From the NCBI GenBank assembly GCA_028713285.1, contig JAQTOP010000001.1:35190-99189 (forward strand): 64,000 bases of DNA, read 5' to 3'. A program made the position numbers and the translations under genes. The number at the start of each line of letters is the position of its first letter. The first letter of the stretch is position 1. Positions 25,335 to 34,418 of the stretch are shown here, in pieces. The notes beneath the pieces are model-generated. The model had not been told where the DNA came from, ran no database searches, and saw nothing but the letters and a program-made list of their open reading frames with translations. The stretch is from Terrimicrobiaceae bacterium. Its GTDB lineage: Bacteria > Verrucomicrobiota > Verrucomicrobiia > Chthoniobacterales > JAATET01.

Positions 25335-27658
25335 TTCGCCGCTCCTTTCGTGATCTCGGTGAGCAGGCTCTCGGTTTCCTGCTCTAGCTTGAGGATGTCG
25401 GCACTTATCTCAGCGAGGGTGCGAAGCTGCGGCGGCAGGTAGAAGTGACGAGTGAAGCTGACTTCGTAGCCGATCTTGGTGTCGGCTTCGACGATCCACG
25501 CGTCGGGCGTGTAGGGCAGGACTTCGCGGCGGATGAATGCCTCGATGCCGCCTTCCTCCAGCAACGGAATTTGCTCGTAGTCGCGAAGTTCGCTGTCGGG
25601 TTCGTATTCGGCGACGCTGGTTTTCCCTTCGACCTTTGCTTCGTAGAGTCCGTGTAGAGGGTCGGGCTGAGCTTTGCCGGGCTTGTGAATCTTCTTGATG
25701 ACGGGTGCGGCGGCTTCATCACGCCAGCTCACGGCGGCGACGATGAGTTTCAGGTCGGCGGCACTAGGTTTCAGACCGAGTTTCCTCTGGGTCGCTTCGA
25801 CCTGATCGAGGAAGACGTTGTGATCCTCAAAGAGTCCATCGCCCAGGGCCTCGCGGAGTTTGGTGGCGGTGGCGACAAGCGCCGCGTCGCGCCGCCAGGT
25901 GTCGGTATCGAGCAGCTTCTTCTTTGTCTTTTCCGGCAGGCCCTTCTTTGCGGTGCCGTCGCCGTTGTCCTCATCGTCCCCGGCTTCGTCATCGCCCCAC
26001 GCCTCCACGAGTTTCGCCAGTTCCTCACGGACGGACTGCGGTTTTTCAAAAAGGTCGTCGCCGAGTTTTTCGTAGAGGGCGGCGCGAATCTCCTCGTCGC
26101 CCGACGCGAAGCGGAGCTTCTCGATGAGTGGGCGGGTGAGCTGGCTGTGCAGGCGGAGCGGGCGCTCGACCTTTACCTTCCAGTAACCGAAGGCGGCGTT
26201 GGGGAAGATTTTCGACTGCGGCGTTTCCTCGAACTTGAGGAAAGCATTGCAGATGCGCTGGATGTCCTCGGGGGCAAGTTCGCAGTTTTTCTTGCCCATG
26301 TTCTTTCGCAGCGGGCGGAACCATTGGGTGGCGTCGATGAGTTGCACCTGTCCCCGGCGGTGTTCCGGTTTTCGGTTTGTTACTACCCAGACGTAGGTGG
26401 CGATGCCGGTGTTGTAGAACATGTTCAACGGCAGGGCGACGATCGCCTCCAGCCAGTCGCTCTCGATGATCCAGCGGCGGATGTTGCTCTCGCCTTGGCC
26501 GGCGTCGCCGGTGAAGAGCGATGAGCCGTTGTGCACCTCGGCAACGCGGCTGCCGCGCGGGGTGTCGTGCTTCATCTTGCTGAGCATGTTGGCGAGAAAA
26601 AGCATCTGGCCGTCGCTGCTGCGGGTGAGAAGCGAGTAGTCGGACTCGCCAGCGTGCTGGATGACGAAGCGAGGGTCTTTGAGGTCCTTCTTGCCGCCCA
26701 TGCGCTCGAGATCGCCCTTCCAGCTTTTGCCGTAGGGCGGATTGGCGAGCATGAAGTCGAACTCGCGGGAGCGGAAGGCGTCGTTGGCCAGCGTGGAATG
26801 TTCCGGGCCGCCGACGATATTGTCAGCGGCGTCGCCGTCGCCCTTGAGCAGGAGGTCGGCTTTACAGATGGCGTAGGTTTCGCCGTTGATCTCCTGGCCG
26901 TAGAGATGCGTAGCGACCTGTTTGCCGTGGGCCTTGGCGATCTGCTGGAGCGTCTCCTCGGCGACGGTCAACATGCCTCCGGTCCCGCAGGCGCAGTCGT
27001 AGAGCAGGTAGGTGCCGCTCTCGATCTTGTCTGCCACGGGCAGGAACATGAGGTTTGCCATGAGCCGGACGGCGTCACGGGGCGTCCAGTGCTCGCCAGC
27101 CTCTTCGTTGTTGTCCTCGTTGAAGCGGCGGACGAGTTCCTCGAACATCGTGCCCATCGAGTGGTTATCGAGGCCGGGAAGGTTTCCTGCGGGCTGTGGA
27201 CTGAGGTTGATGTCCTTATCGAGGAACTTCTCGATGAGCTGGCCGAGCGCATCGGCCTTCGAGAGACGCGGGATCTGGTTGCGGAACTCGAAGTTGGTGA
27301 GAATGTCCTGCACGTTGGGCGAGAAGCCGTCGAGGTAAGCCTCGAAGTCATCGCGGAGTTTCTGCTGGGTTGCGCGGGATTTAAGGTCGCGCAGGAGGAA
27401 GGGCGAGGTGTTGTAGAACGCCTGCCCAGAAGCGGCGCGGAGGGCATCGTCCTGATTGGTGACGCCTTCTTTGTCGAGGGCGGCTTTCATTTCGAGAACG
27501 GTCTGCTTGGTGGGCTCCAGCACCGCGTCGAGGCGGCGGAGCACAGTCATCGGCAGAATGATGTCGCGGTATCTGCCGCGGACGTAAACATCCCGCAGGA
27601 CATCATCCGCGATGTTCCAAATGAAGTTGGTGAGTCCGCTGAGTTGAGTTTGGTCCAT
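25331..27658 (-). CDS. hsdM: Type I R-M N6-adenine DNA methyltransferase subunit
   Basis: 'YDCACGTGGML' (SAM motif I), 'MLANPPYGKSW' (motif IV) and an N-terminal HsdM_N-like region. Confidence 0.9.
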   Translation of the reverse strand: MDQTQLSGLTNFIWNIADDVLRDVYVRGRYRDIILPMTVLRRLDAVLEPTKQTVLEMKAALDKEGVTNQDDALRAASGQAFYNTSPFLLRDLKSRATQQKLRDDFEAYLDGFSPNVQDILTNFEFRNQIPRLSKADALGQLIEKFLDKDINLSPQPAGNLPGLDNHSMGTMFEELVRRFNEDNNEEAGEHWTPRDAVRLMANLMFLPVADKIESGTYLLYDCACGTGGMLTVAEETLQQIAKAHGKQVATHLYGQEINGETYAICKADLLLKGDGDAADNIVGGPEHSTLANDAFRSREFDFMLANPPYGKSWKGDLERMGGKKDLKDPRFVIQHAGESDYSLLTRSSDGQMLFLANMLSKMKHDTPRGSRVAEVHNGSSLFTGDAGQGESNIRRWIIESDWLEAIVALPLNMFYNTGIATYVWVVTNRKPEHRRGQVQLIDATQWFRPLRKNMGKKNCELAPEDIQRICNAFLKFEETPQSKIFPNAAFGYWKVKVERPLRLHSQLTRPLIEKLRFASGDEEIRAALYEKLGDDLFEKPQSVREELAKLVEAWGDDEAGDDEDNGDGTAKKGLPEKTKKKLLDTDTWRRDAALVATATKLREALGDGLFEDHNVFLDQVEATQRKLGLKPSAADLKLIVAAVSWRDEAAAPVIKKIHKPGKAQPDPLHGLYEAKVEGKTSVAEYEPDSELRDYEQIPLLEEGGIEAFIRREVLPYTPDAWIVEADTKIGYEVSFTRHFYLPPQLRTLAEISADILKLEQETESLLTEITKGAAK

Positions 27659-27817
27659 ACGTCAGGCTTCTATCAAGCCGCTGATGGAGCCGAGCGGACG
27701 CAAACTACAGAGTATATCGGAGCGGCGGGGTGGGTAGAGCACAAGCGATCGATCCTGTCAAATTGGAAGCGTTTTGACGAGAAAAACCCCCTACTGCCCG
27801 AAATGGGCTCCAAATAG

Positions 27818-27851
27818 AAAAACCCGGAGAGTTTGAACTCTCCGGGTTTTT
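27818..27851 (-). terminator. Bidirectional rho-independent terminator
   Basis: AAAAACCCGGAGAG-TTTGAA-CTCTCCGGGTTTTT, 32 nt downstream of the stop of 27883-29091. Confidence 0.75.
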
Positions 27852-27882
27852 CGTGGGAATGGTTTAGTCCGTCATCCTTCTC

Positions 27883-29091
27883 TCATTTTTCGATACGGCG
27901 GAAGACTTCCAGGTTGACCTCATCCGTTGACTTCAAGAGGGCTGTGAATTCGCCATTTCTGAAGAACCTGAAAGGAGCGTCCGGTGAGGCATTTTCCGGG
28001 CCAACGGGAAAGTGATTCCGCAGATGATCCAGGATGGTCTGTTCGTATTGCCGGGCGTTTTCAAAATGCGCCGTCAGTGCCTCGGCCACCTCCTCCTTTC
28101 TTGTCGCCTGCTCGAGCGTCAGCAAGCTTTGGGCTTCTTCGAGGGTTTTGGCCTTCTCGAACTGCCTGCGGAGCGCATTGGATTTCGGAGTGATCGCCGA
28201 GGAGCGCGCGCCGGAAAACGGACGAAGATAGCGCACCGTCAGATACGCCGTCCGATCGACGTCCCCCCCAGCGAAGGGGTTGAAGTATCCGACGGGCTCG
28301 ATTTCGAGAGCAAGCTCCCCAAAAAGAGGCTCGGCAATTTTCTTCGGGAAGAGGCTCTGGGACCCATCCCAAATCTTGGGGTCAAGTAATACCGCTGCCG
28401 CGTCTCCTTCTGCGGTATTCGCGGTATTACTTTCCGCGATTGTTGGTGCCTGTCGGAAAAGGTAGAGAGTCACTGATGCATATTGCGAATCGAGAACGGC
28501 AGACACATTCCGGTCACCAAACACAGCCCGACCGCTAAAATCTGGCCCGGCGGTTTGTTCTCGCCCATCTGTATTGTATTTCAGCCGATAATTTTCGTCG
28601 GGAAAGGCATGTTGAAGCGCTTTCCTGATGGATTCTGAGATGGCAGACAGTGCTTTTCCGGTTCCGTTGGAGAACTCCTTGTCTCTCTTTTGCCGTGCAG
28701 CGATGAGAGCAGATGCGAGCTGTTTCGCCTGCGCTTTATCAAACGGTGCCGTATTATTGACTGTGTCAAGCTGTGCTTGGAGAAGCTTTTCTTCCTCGGT
28801 TCGATAGGCGAAACGGTCCGCGAACGTGATGGTAATGCAGGTCAACTTACCGTGTCGGAACATTGCCTGTGCCATGACAGGGTTCTGTCCGAATAGCATT
28901 GTCGGTGTTTTCCAAGTCTGCATTTCCCAGTCCTTACCCGCCGACGCCTTGAGCCAATCGCCGGGGAGGTTGACCGGAGTAGTTTTCCACGCGTCGGTAA
29001 GAAAAATAGATTCGGCCGTGGGTGATTGAGCGTGGATGTCTGGCACAATGGCCAGAACCACCATGATGGTAGTGAGCAGGGTTATTTTCAT
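27883..29091 (-). CDS. Secreted protein of unknown function
   Basis: Start set at 'MKITLLTTIMVVLAIVPDIHAQSP', a signal-peptide-like N-terminus. 402 aa with no recognised domain. Confidence 0.55.
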   Translation of the reverse strand: MKITLLTTIMVVLAIVPDIHAQSPTAESIFLTDAWKTTPVNLPGDWLKASAGKDWEMQTWKTPTMLFGQNPVMAQAMFRHGKLTCITITFADRFAYRTEEEKLLQAQLDTVNNTAPFDKAQAKQLASALIAARQKRDKEFSNGTGKALSAISESIRKALQHAFPDENYRLKYNTDGREQTAGPDFSGRAVFGDRNVSAVLDSQYASVTLYLFRQAPTIAESNTANTAEGDAAAVLLDPKIWDGSQSLFPKKIAEPLFGELALEIEPVGYFNPFAGGDVDRTAYLTVRYLRPFSGARSSAITPKSNALRRQFEKAKTLEEAQSLLTLEQATRKEEVAEALTAHFENARQYEQTILDHLRNHFPVGPENASPDAPFRFFRNGEFTALLKSTDEVNLEVFRRIEK

Positions 29092-29270
29092 AAATGGTTG
29101 CGGAAATCGGTGCCTCCCGTCGAGGGACGCCAGCACGCAAAGCATGCGAAGAAGGGGAAATCGGTCTTATGCAGGAGCATCGGAATGCGTTTACCCGCGA
29201 ACCGTAGTTTCCACCAGTAGAATTTCTATTAGTAGAAAACAGGAAGGGCTTCATGCCCTAAAAAGAAGGT

Positions 29271-29549
29271 GTGTCTGGTCGAAATTCACCCTTTGGGCAA
29301 CGGCGCAACGCGTTCGGGGCGGCATTGCGCCGTATGCGGGTGACGCAGGGGCTCTCGGCGACCGAGGTGATCGCAAAGTTGGGAGTGCGCGGATGGGATG
29401 TTGCGGCCTCGTCTTATTCTCAAATTGAGAGCGGGCAACGCATTCTTGCGGACATCGAATTGCTGCTGATTTTAGAGGTGTTCGGCGCGGAATTAAAGGA
29501 CTTGGAGATTCCGAAATCCCTACGACGGCCTGCCAAAAATCCAAAGTAG
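29271..29549 (+). CDS. XRE-family HTH regulator
   Basis: 'FGAALRRMRVTQGLSATEVIAKLGVRGWDVAASSYSQIESGQR' is a typical Cro/C1 HTH. Confidence 0.75.
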   Translation: MSGRNSPFGQRRNAFGAALRRMRVTQGLSATEVIAKLGVRGWDVAASSYSQIESGQRILADIELLLILEVFGAELKDLEIPKSLRRPAKNPK

Positions 29550-29564
29550 GTCAATTCAGTGGGG

Positions 29565-29744
29565 TCAGCGCAGTTTTCTAGCAACGTAGAGTACGAATTC
29601 GATGGCGTAAGCGAGAGCGTAAAACCCGATGGCTGCAATCCCGCAGGCCAATCCCCAAACAATTTGCCCAAGTCCCCGAATGATGTTGATGATGCCCCAA
29701 GCCAGCCAAATTGAGATGAAGGCGATAAGGATTACTTGAATCAT
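29565..29744 (-). CDS. Small two-TM membrane protein (59 aa)
   Basis: 'MIQVILIAFISIWLAWGIINIIRGLGQIVWGLACGIAAIGFYALAYAIEFVLYVARKLR'. The upstream part of the 144-aa ORF call is Pro/Arg-rich and unlikely to be coding. Confidence 0.45.
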   Translation of the reverse strand: MIQVILIAFISIWLAWGIINIIRGLGQIVWGLACGIAAIGFYALAYAIEFVLYVARKLR

Positions 29745-29816
29745 GTTAGGCCACGTCTTTTCGTCCCTGGGGAGGAGCAAACGTGACGACCAAGGAGGCT
29801 CCCTGCGGCTGACACG

Positions 29817-29844
29817 AAAAAACGGGCGGTTTCCCGCCCGTTTT
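29817..29844 (-). terminator. Rho-independent terminator
   Basis: AAAAAACGGGCGG-TTTC-CCGCCCGTTTT, immediately downstream of the SSB-like gene stop (29854). Confidence 0.7.
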
Positions 29845-29853
29845 GGTGATCGA

Positions 29854-30237
29854 CTACCCTGCGGCCGATTTCCGTTTTTTGGGTTTGGAAGCGGGGGGTG
29901 CTTCCAAGGGAAGTTGTTCGGCTTGCGAGAGCTTGGGTCTGGAATTGAGGAACTCCAGATCGTTGATGTGAACGACGAGTTCACCAGAAACGGTGCCATC
30001 GCCCTTTTGAAAGCCCTTTGCCTCGGGGCGCCCTCTGATGAGGATTTTCATGCCAACGGAAATACGCTCTCGGAGCTTTTCTCCGCGTGTGCCCCAGAGT
30101 TTCGCAGAAATCCAATCGGTGTATTCTCGTTCGTTGATTTTCCGACTGCTAGCGACCGAGACATTTAGCACGCTTGTTTCCCCGGCGCGGGCGAAGCGCA
30201 CCGAGCCGACATTTCCAACTACAATTGTTTCTAACAT
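29854..30237 (-). CDS. ssb: Single-stranded DNA-binding (OB-fold) protein, atypical basic tail
   Basis: 'MLETIVVGNVGSVRFARAGETSVLNVSVAS...WISAKLWGTRGEKL...GMKILIRGR' follows the SSB OB-fold pattern. The C-terminus is Lys-rich rather than an acidic tip. Confidence 0.5.
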   Translation of the reverse strand: MLETIVVGNVGSVRFARAGETSVLNVSVASSRKINEREYTDWISAKLWGTRGEKLRERISVGMKILIRGRPEAKGFQKGDGTVSGELVVHINDLEFLNSRPKLSQAEQLPLEAPPASKPKKRKSAAG

Positions 30238-30291
30238 TTCAGGATAAGGTGTTTATGGTGATAGCGGAGGCGCGAAAGCCGTCTCCGATGG

Positions 30292-30576
30292 CTATTCCGA
30301 AGAGGCCTTTGCGATGAATCGCGGGAGATTCTGGAGGAACAATCTGAGAGTCGGGCAGGCCGTATTGCGGGCCGGACGGTTCAGGTCAGGGAAGACATGG
30401 CTGCCGATCGCATTGGGGTTCGCACTCGCGTTGATGGACGGCCACCGTGAGGAGAGATAGGAGACAGGGTTAACGTCTTCCGGCAAGAAGCAGTAAACGG
30501 GGAGAATTTGGTGAAAATCGGGGTGACCTTCAGAGTAAAAAATTCGCCCCGGTCGTCCTTCGATTACCAATCGCAT
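30292..30576 (-). CDS. Possible small hypothetical protein
   Basis: 94-aa ORF filling the gap between the AAA+ and SSB genes. No motif found. Called on position only. Confidence 0.25.
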   Translation of the reverse strand: MRLVIEGRPGRIFYSEGHPDFHQILPVYCFLPEDVNPVSYLSSRWPSINASANPNAIGSHVFPDLNRPARNTACPTLRLFLQNLPRFIAKASSE

Positions 30577-31577
30577 AGGTCGGGCTCCGGGGAAGGCGGT
30601 TCAGAAGCGGGAGCCTTGGCGCATTTTAATGCGTCTGAAAGTGCCTCTTCCACAAAACGACACCCCGACCGCGCAGCTATGGCCTGTGTCAAACGGACGC
30701 TGGCGGCTTCGCGGAACGCGGGCTGAATCCACGAGGGAAGGGATTGTTCCGCTTGATGTGCGATGAGTTTGTAATGGCTGGGGTCAAGTTGGGGAATGAG
30801 TAGCAGACTCGAGTTAAATCTGTTCACGACTTCTCGCGGTAATTTCTTTGCGATGATTTCGGGGGTTGGGCCGAAGCTTTGGAGCAGAGTCTGGTGCTCT
30901 GGTTGGAATCCGATTTGGCCCGAACCTCCCTGCGCTTCGTAAAAATCTTGAAAGGTTCCTGCGCCAATCACGAAAGTGGTTGTGCATAGTTTTTCTGCAA
31001 GGGTGTTTCGTTGGGATAAGGACAGCGTGCCCTGATCGTCCACCGCAAGAGAACTGTCTTCGGTGCCTTTGGCACCGACCGGAAAGACACCGTCTAGAAT
31101 TTCAAACAATTCCCCGCGGATGTAGCTGTTCCACGGCGTCTCATACCCGACCTTGTCGATCTCATCCAAAAACAAAATGGACTTGGGATGACTGTGGATG
31201 TGTTCGATAATGGTGGAGATTGTTTCGGCCACTGCCCGATTATGGGCACCGCTTGGCATCCATCCCGTGACGTTGATCCGTAGCAGGGCCGCGCCAGTTT
31301 CCGCCGCGAGTATGGTTCCAAGCGCCGATTTACCACCGCCGGTCGGCCCAATGATCAGTGAGTGCCATCGGGTCTTAATTGGGAGGTGACGCCAGTGCCC
31401 GGCAAAATACGTCTGAGCGCGAATCAGTAATTCTTGGTAAGCGGCGGATTGATGATCGAAGATTTTCATTTCCGACGCGACGTTTCCATAGCGAATCGGG
31501 CGGCGAAAGACCGCCCGGTATGTGCCGGTGGCTGTGATTGTGAGTGGCGGTCCTGCGCTGCATCCTTTCGCAGACAC
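30564..31577 (-). CDS. AAA+ ATPase (ClpX/MoxR-like core)
   Basis: Walker A 'IIGPTGGGKSALG' and Walker B 'ILFLDEIDK'. The start is uncertain; an alternative is 'MKIFDH' 36 codons downstream. Confidence 0.7.
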   Translation of the reverse strand: MSAKGCSAGPPLTITATGTYRAVFRRPIRYGNVASEMKIFDHQSAAYQELLIRAQTYFAGHWRHLPIKTRWHSLIIGPTGGGKSALGTILAAETGAALLRINVTGWMPSGAHNRAVAETISTIIEHIHSHPKSILFLDEIDKVGYETPWNSYIRGELFEILDGVFPVGAKGTEDSSLAVDDQGTLSLSQRNTLAEKLCTTTFVIGAGTFQDFYEAQGGSGQIGFQPEHQTLLQSFGPTPEIIAKKLPREVVNRFNSSLLLIPQLDPSHYKLIAHQAEQSLPSWIQPAFREAASVRLTQAIAARSGCRFVEEALSDALKCAKAPASEPPSPEPDLCDW

Positions 31578-31600
31578 CGCCGTTTTACGTTAGCTCCGAG

Positions 31601-33637
31601 CTAGACGATGTCGTTCGTGGGGCTTTGCTTGCTCTTTCGGAATTTCGGTGATTCGCGAATATATCGATCCCAAGACAAAAAATCCTTCGGTGGGGCAATT
31701 TCGTTGATAGAGGGAATGGCGATACGCATCCACTGTCGAAATTTGTCTCCGATTTCAGTGCGGGCGGCGCTGACAAATAACTTGGTCGATTTCGCCATTG
31801 AGGCGAGCATTGAGGTTATTCTGGGTTTGGGCTTTCGTCCGACCACGATGATACTTCGTCTGATCGCCGCTTGGGCTTCGTGAACATTGAGGGCGAGAGC
31901 TTCAACAAGATCATCAACGACAATCGTGTCCGCCTTTTTGGAGCCTTCAATGTAGATTTGTCCATTATGGCCATACTCAAAATAGAAACCCGCCTCAGAG
32001 TCCTGTATATCCTGGACAATACGACCGGCAGGTTCTGAGGCCAATTCACCGGGAAAATAATGCAGATTTGTCACCAAATGGCCCCGGTTGTTCGCATGAA
32101 TCCAGCCCCGCTGTTTGAGCTCATCGATAATTTTTGCATTGCAGTTGAGCGGATCAACAAGGCGCTTGCGGAGTTCCGGCCACCTCGCTTCATTGGATTG
32201 ACTGATTTCCCAGCGGATTGTGTCGGCAAATTTAGCGAGGGCCTTTCGTTCGTCGGTTTGTGGCTCTGCTTCGATTGATTGGGCAATGGTGGCGGTCGCT
32301 GTCTGGATGGAGAATAGGTCAGTAATGAGTAGGGTGGCAGCGTCGCGGGTGCAGCCGGTCAGATAGATTGCGGCATCGATACCTCCGCGTCCTCCTGATT
32401 TATCCCGCATGTTCCCGAGCCCTTTGATTGCTGGCGTGAGGTTACGGAATTTGTTCGTATTTTCGTCCACTTCCAGAGTCATCCCTGAGTGAAGGACATA
32501 CTGATATTTTCCGGGTTCGGTTGCGGGTTTTGCGTCAATACCGGTCAATTTCTCGATGAGTTCTCCCACGGGGACGACTCGCGACATAGCAGAGAGGTCT
32601 TTCGAGAGGCGTTGCTTTTCGTTGACGATGACCGCTTTTTCTTCTGAAAGGCGAAAATTGGCGAGCAGTAGAGGCTTCTGATCTTTGGCCATTTGATTTT
32701 TAATTTGATCAAGTTCCTTTGCAACCCGGTCGTAATCCTGCGCCTTCATGATTCCTGAGACGGCAATTTCACGGAGAGTTTCTACATCCGCTATCTTCTC
32801 GAGTTCTTCGCGTGTGCGAGCCTGGGTGCGAAGCAGGTGATTTTGATTCGCAACTTCTCGATATTTTGCCCGGCTGCCGATGATGCCTCGAACAACGTCA
32901 AGACCTTGTTTCTGGCAATAGTCAGCAAACTCGGATTGAAGACGCGAGAGAGTTCCCGTAAGGGGAATGCGGATTTCTCTCTCTCCGTGTGGGTCATCAG
33001 GATCGCGGATTCGCTTATCCGGAGTGAACATGGATTTGCTATCGAGCCCCCAGTTTTCTTGAGCGGGTCGAACCGACTTTTTACTGGATTTACGTCCGGC
33101 TTTGCTCCGCATTTTGAATACGGCAGGGAGCACATATCCAGTCAGGTGTGGGTTGAGTTCGTCCATGTGGCCGAGGCCACCGAGATAGTTGTCGCCGAAG
33201 CGTTCGCGGAGAAATCCATTGGCGATTCTCGTCCACTTTTCGCTCTTTTCCATGTTCAAGGGCTGCGTCTCGCTGCCATCGCGGAGCCATTGCGGCGAAA
33301 CCATCAACATGAGATTCACAACTTTGCACAATTCGGGCCTGCTATCGTCTATCCCGAGGTCTTTGATGCGGGCTTTCGCTTTTTTCGCAACGAAGTCGGT
33401 TTTATTCGCTCCAATTTTTTGCGCGAGTTCTGCCGAGAGCTTTGCCGGATTCCATCCGGTCTCCTCGGAGCATATGGTGATTTCCCGGAGCCGTTCTGGA
33501 TCGGCATTGGGCGTATCAATTAGCCGTAAATCGTGAGCTGTCAGGCCTTGGACGCCGTGTTTTTTCTTTCCATTTTGGAATGATCCCATTCCCCAGTCAT
33601 GGAGTTTGCGGATGCGGATGCTGACGAATTTATTCAT
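31601..33637 (-). CDS. MobV-family (Mob_Pre) relaxase with a long C-terminal extension
   Basis: N-terminal 'VSIRIRKLHDWG...GLTAHDLR' and 'GHMDELNPHLTGYVLP' (HxDE...pHxH metal motif) are typical of Mob_Pre plasmid recombination/relaxase proteins. Confidence 0.7.
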   Translation of the reverse strand: MNKFVSIRIRKLHDWGMGSFQNGKKKHGVQGLTAHDLRLIDTPNADPERLREITICSEETGWNPAKLSAELAQKIGANKTDFVAKKAKARIKDLGIDDSRPELCKVVNLMLMVSPQWLRDGSETQPLNMEKSEKWTRIANGFLRERFGDNYLGGLGHMDELNPHLTGYVLPAVFKMRSKAGRKSSKKSVRPAQENWGLDSKSMFTPDKRIRDPDDPHGEREIRIPLTGTLSRLQSEFADYCQKQGLDVVRGIIGSRAKYREVANQNHLLRTQARTREELEKIADVETLREIAVSGIMKAQDYDRVAKELDQIKNQMAKDQKPLLLANFRLSEEKAVIVNEKQRLSKDLSAMSRVVPVGELIEKLTGIDAKPATEPGKYQYVLHSGMTLEVDENTNKFRNLTPAIKGLGNMRDKSGGRGGIDAAIYLTGCTRDAATLLITDLFSIQTATATIAQSIEAEPQTDERKALAKFADTIRWEISQSNEARWPELRKRLVDPLNCNAKIIDELKQRGWIHANNRGHLVTNLHYFPGELASEPAGRIVQDIQDSEAGFYFEYGHNGQIYIEGSKKADTIVVDDLVEALALNVHEAQAAIRRSIIVVGRKPKPRITSMLASMAKSTKLFVSAARTEIGDKFRQWMRIAIPSINEIAPPKDFLSWDRYIRESPKFRKSKQSPTNDIV

Positions 33638-34076
33638 GGGAGCCGTCCTTCCATGTTCGCGCGGTCAGCGGGAAAGCGATTCCGCCGTTCTGTGAAAACC
33701 GACGTGGACTCGTGAAAAAAATCCGTATGGATTTTCATTGGAAACCTTGACGGTTTCCACGTATTGTGTGAGTGGCAGCCGTTCATGGCTACACGGTTGC
33801 GGAGCCGGATTTCCGGCGATGCGATGGGGTCGAGGGGAGCACTCCCCCGCTCACAAAACCGAATTTTCCCGAAGGGCGGCGGGACGCCGTGGCTTAGCCA
33901 AAAAATTCGGTTTAGTGAGTTATACCGATTTTCTTCCGAAAATCGAGTTTCAGGCGGCATCTCGCCGCTCATGGGCGCGATTGCGCCCGGGAGAATGGCA
34001 TTCGCCATCCGGGCAATGCCGACCGAGGGAGCAGCATTTTGCTGCTCCCCGGTTTGCATGGCTTTGCCAGGGTGGG

Positions 34077-34403
34077 TCATTTTTTGCACAGGGTGCCGAA
34101 CGCCTTCTGCGCGTAGCGGCTGACTTTGGCGGCGGTGCATTTCCGCCGGATGTCCTCGTTCATGGTGGTGGTGACTGCCGGGGCAAGGGCCTCGGCGATG
34201 GCTGTCGGAAATCCGGCGGCTTCCAGCACTTCCTTGGTCCACTCCGGGTTGAGGGGGCTGGTTTTGGTGGATGCCATTGCTTTGGCGGCTGGCTTCGCGG
34301 AGGTTTTTCCGGTGGCCGGTTTTTCTGCCGCGTCGGGAGTTCCGACCGGCAGGTTTTCGCTGGGTTGTTGTGTTGTGGTCATGGTGGATTTTTGTGCGAG
34401 CAA
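34077..34403 (-). CDS. Small hypothetical protein downstream of the recombinase
   Basis: 108-aa ORF starting 15 nt after the recombinase stop. The N-terminal half is Ala/Lys/Thr-rich. No motif found. Confidence 0.35.
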   Translation of the reverse strand: MLAQKSTMTTTQQPSENLPVGTPDAAEKPATGKTSAKPAAKAMASTKTSPLNPEWTKEVLEAAGFPTAIAEALAPAVTTTMNEDIRRKCTAAKVSRYAQKAFGTLCKK

Positions 34404-34418
34404 TCCTTTGGTGCTCGG

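Noticed and set aside
33634-34242. 202-aa minus-strand ORF spanning the relaxase-upstream gap
   Set aside because: It has no motifs and odd composition, and it overlaps both the relaxase start and the small gene. The interval is better explained as a non-coding oriT/regulatory region.
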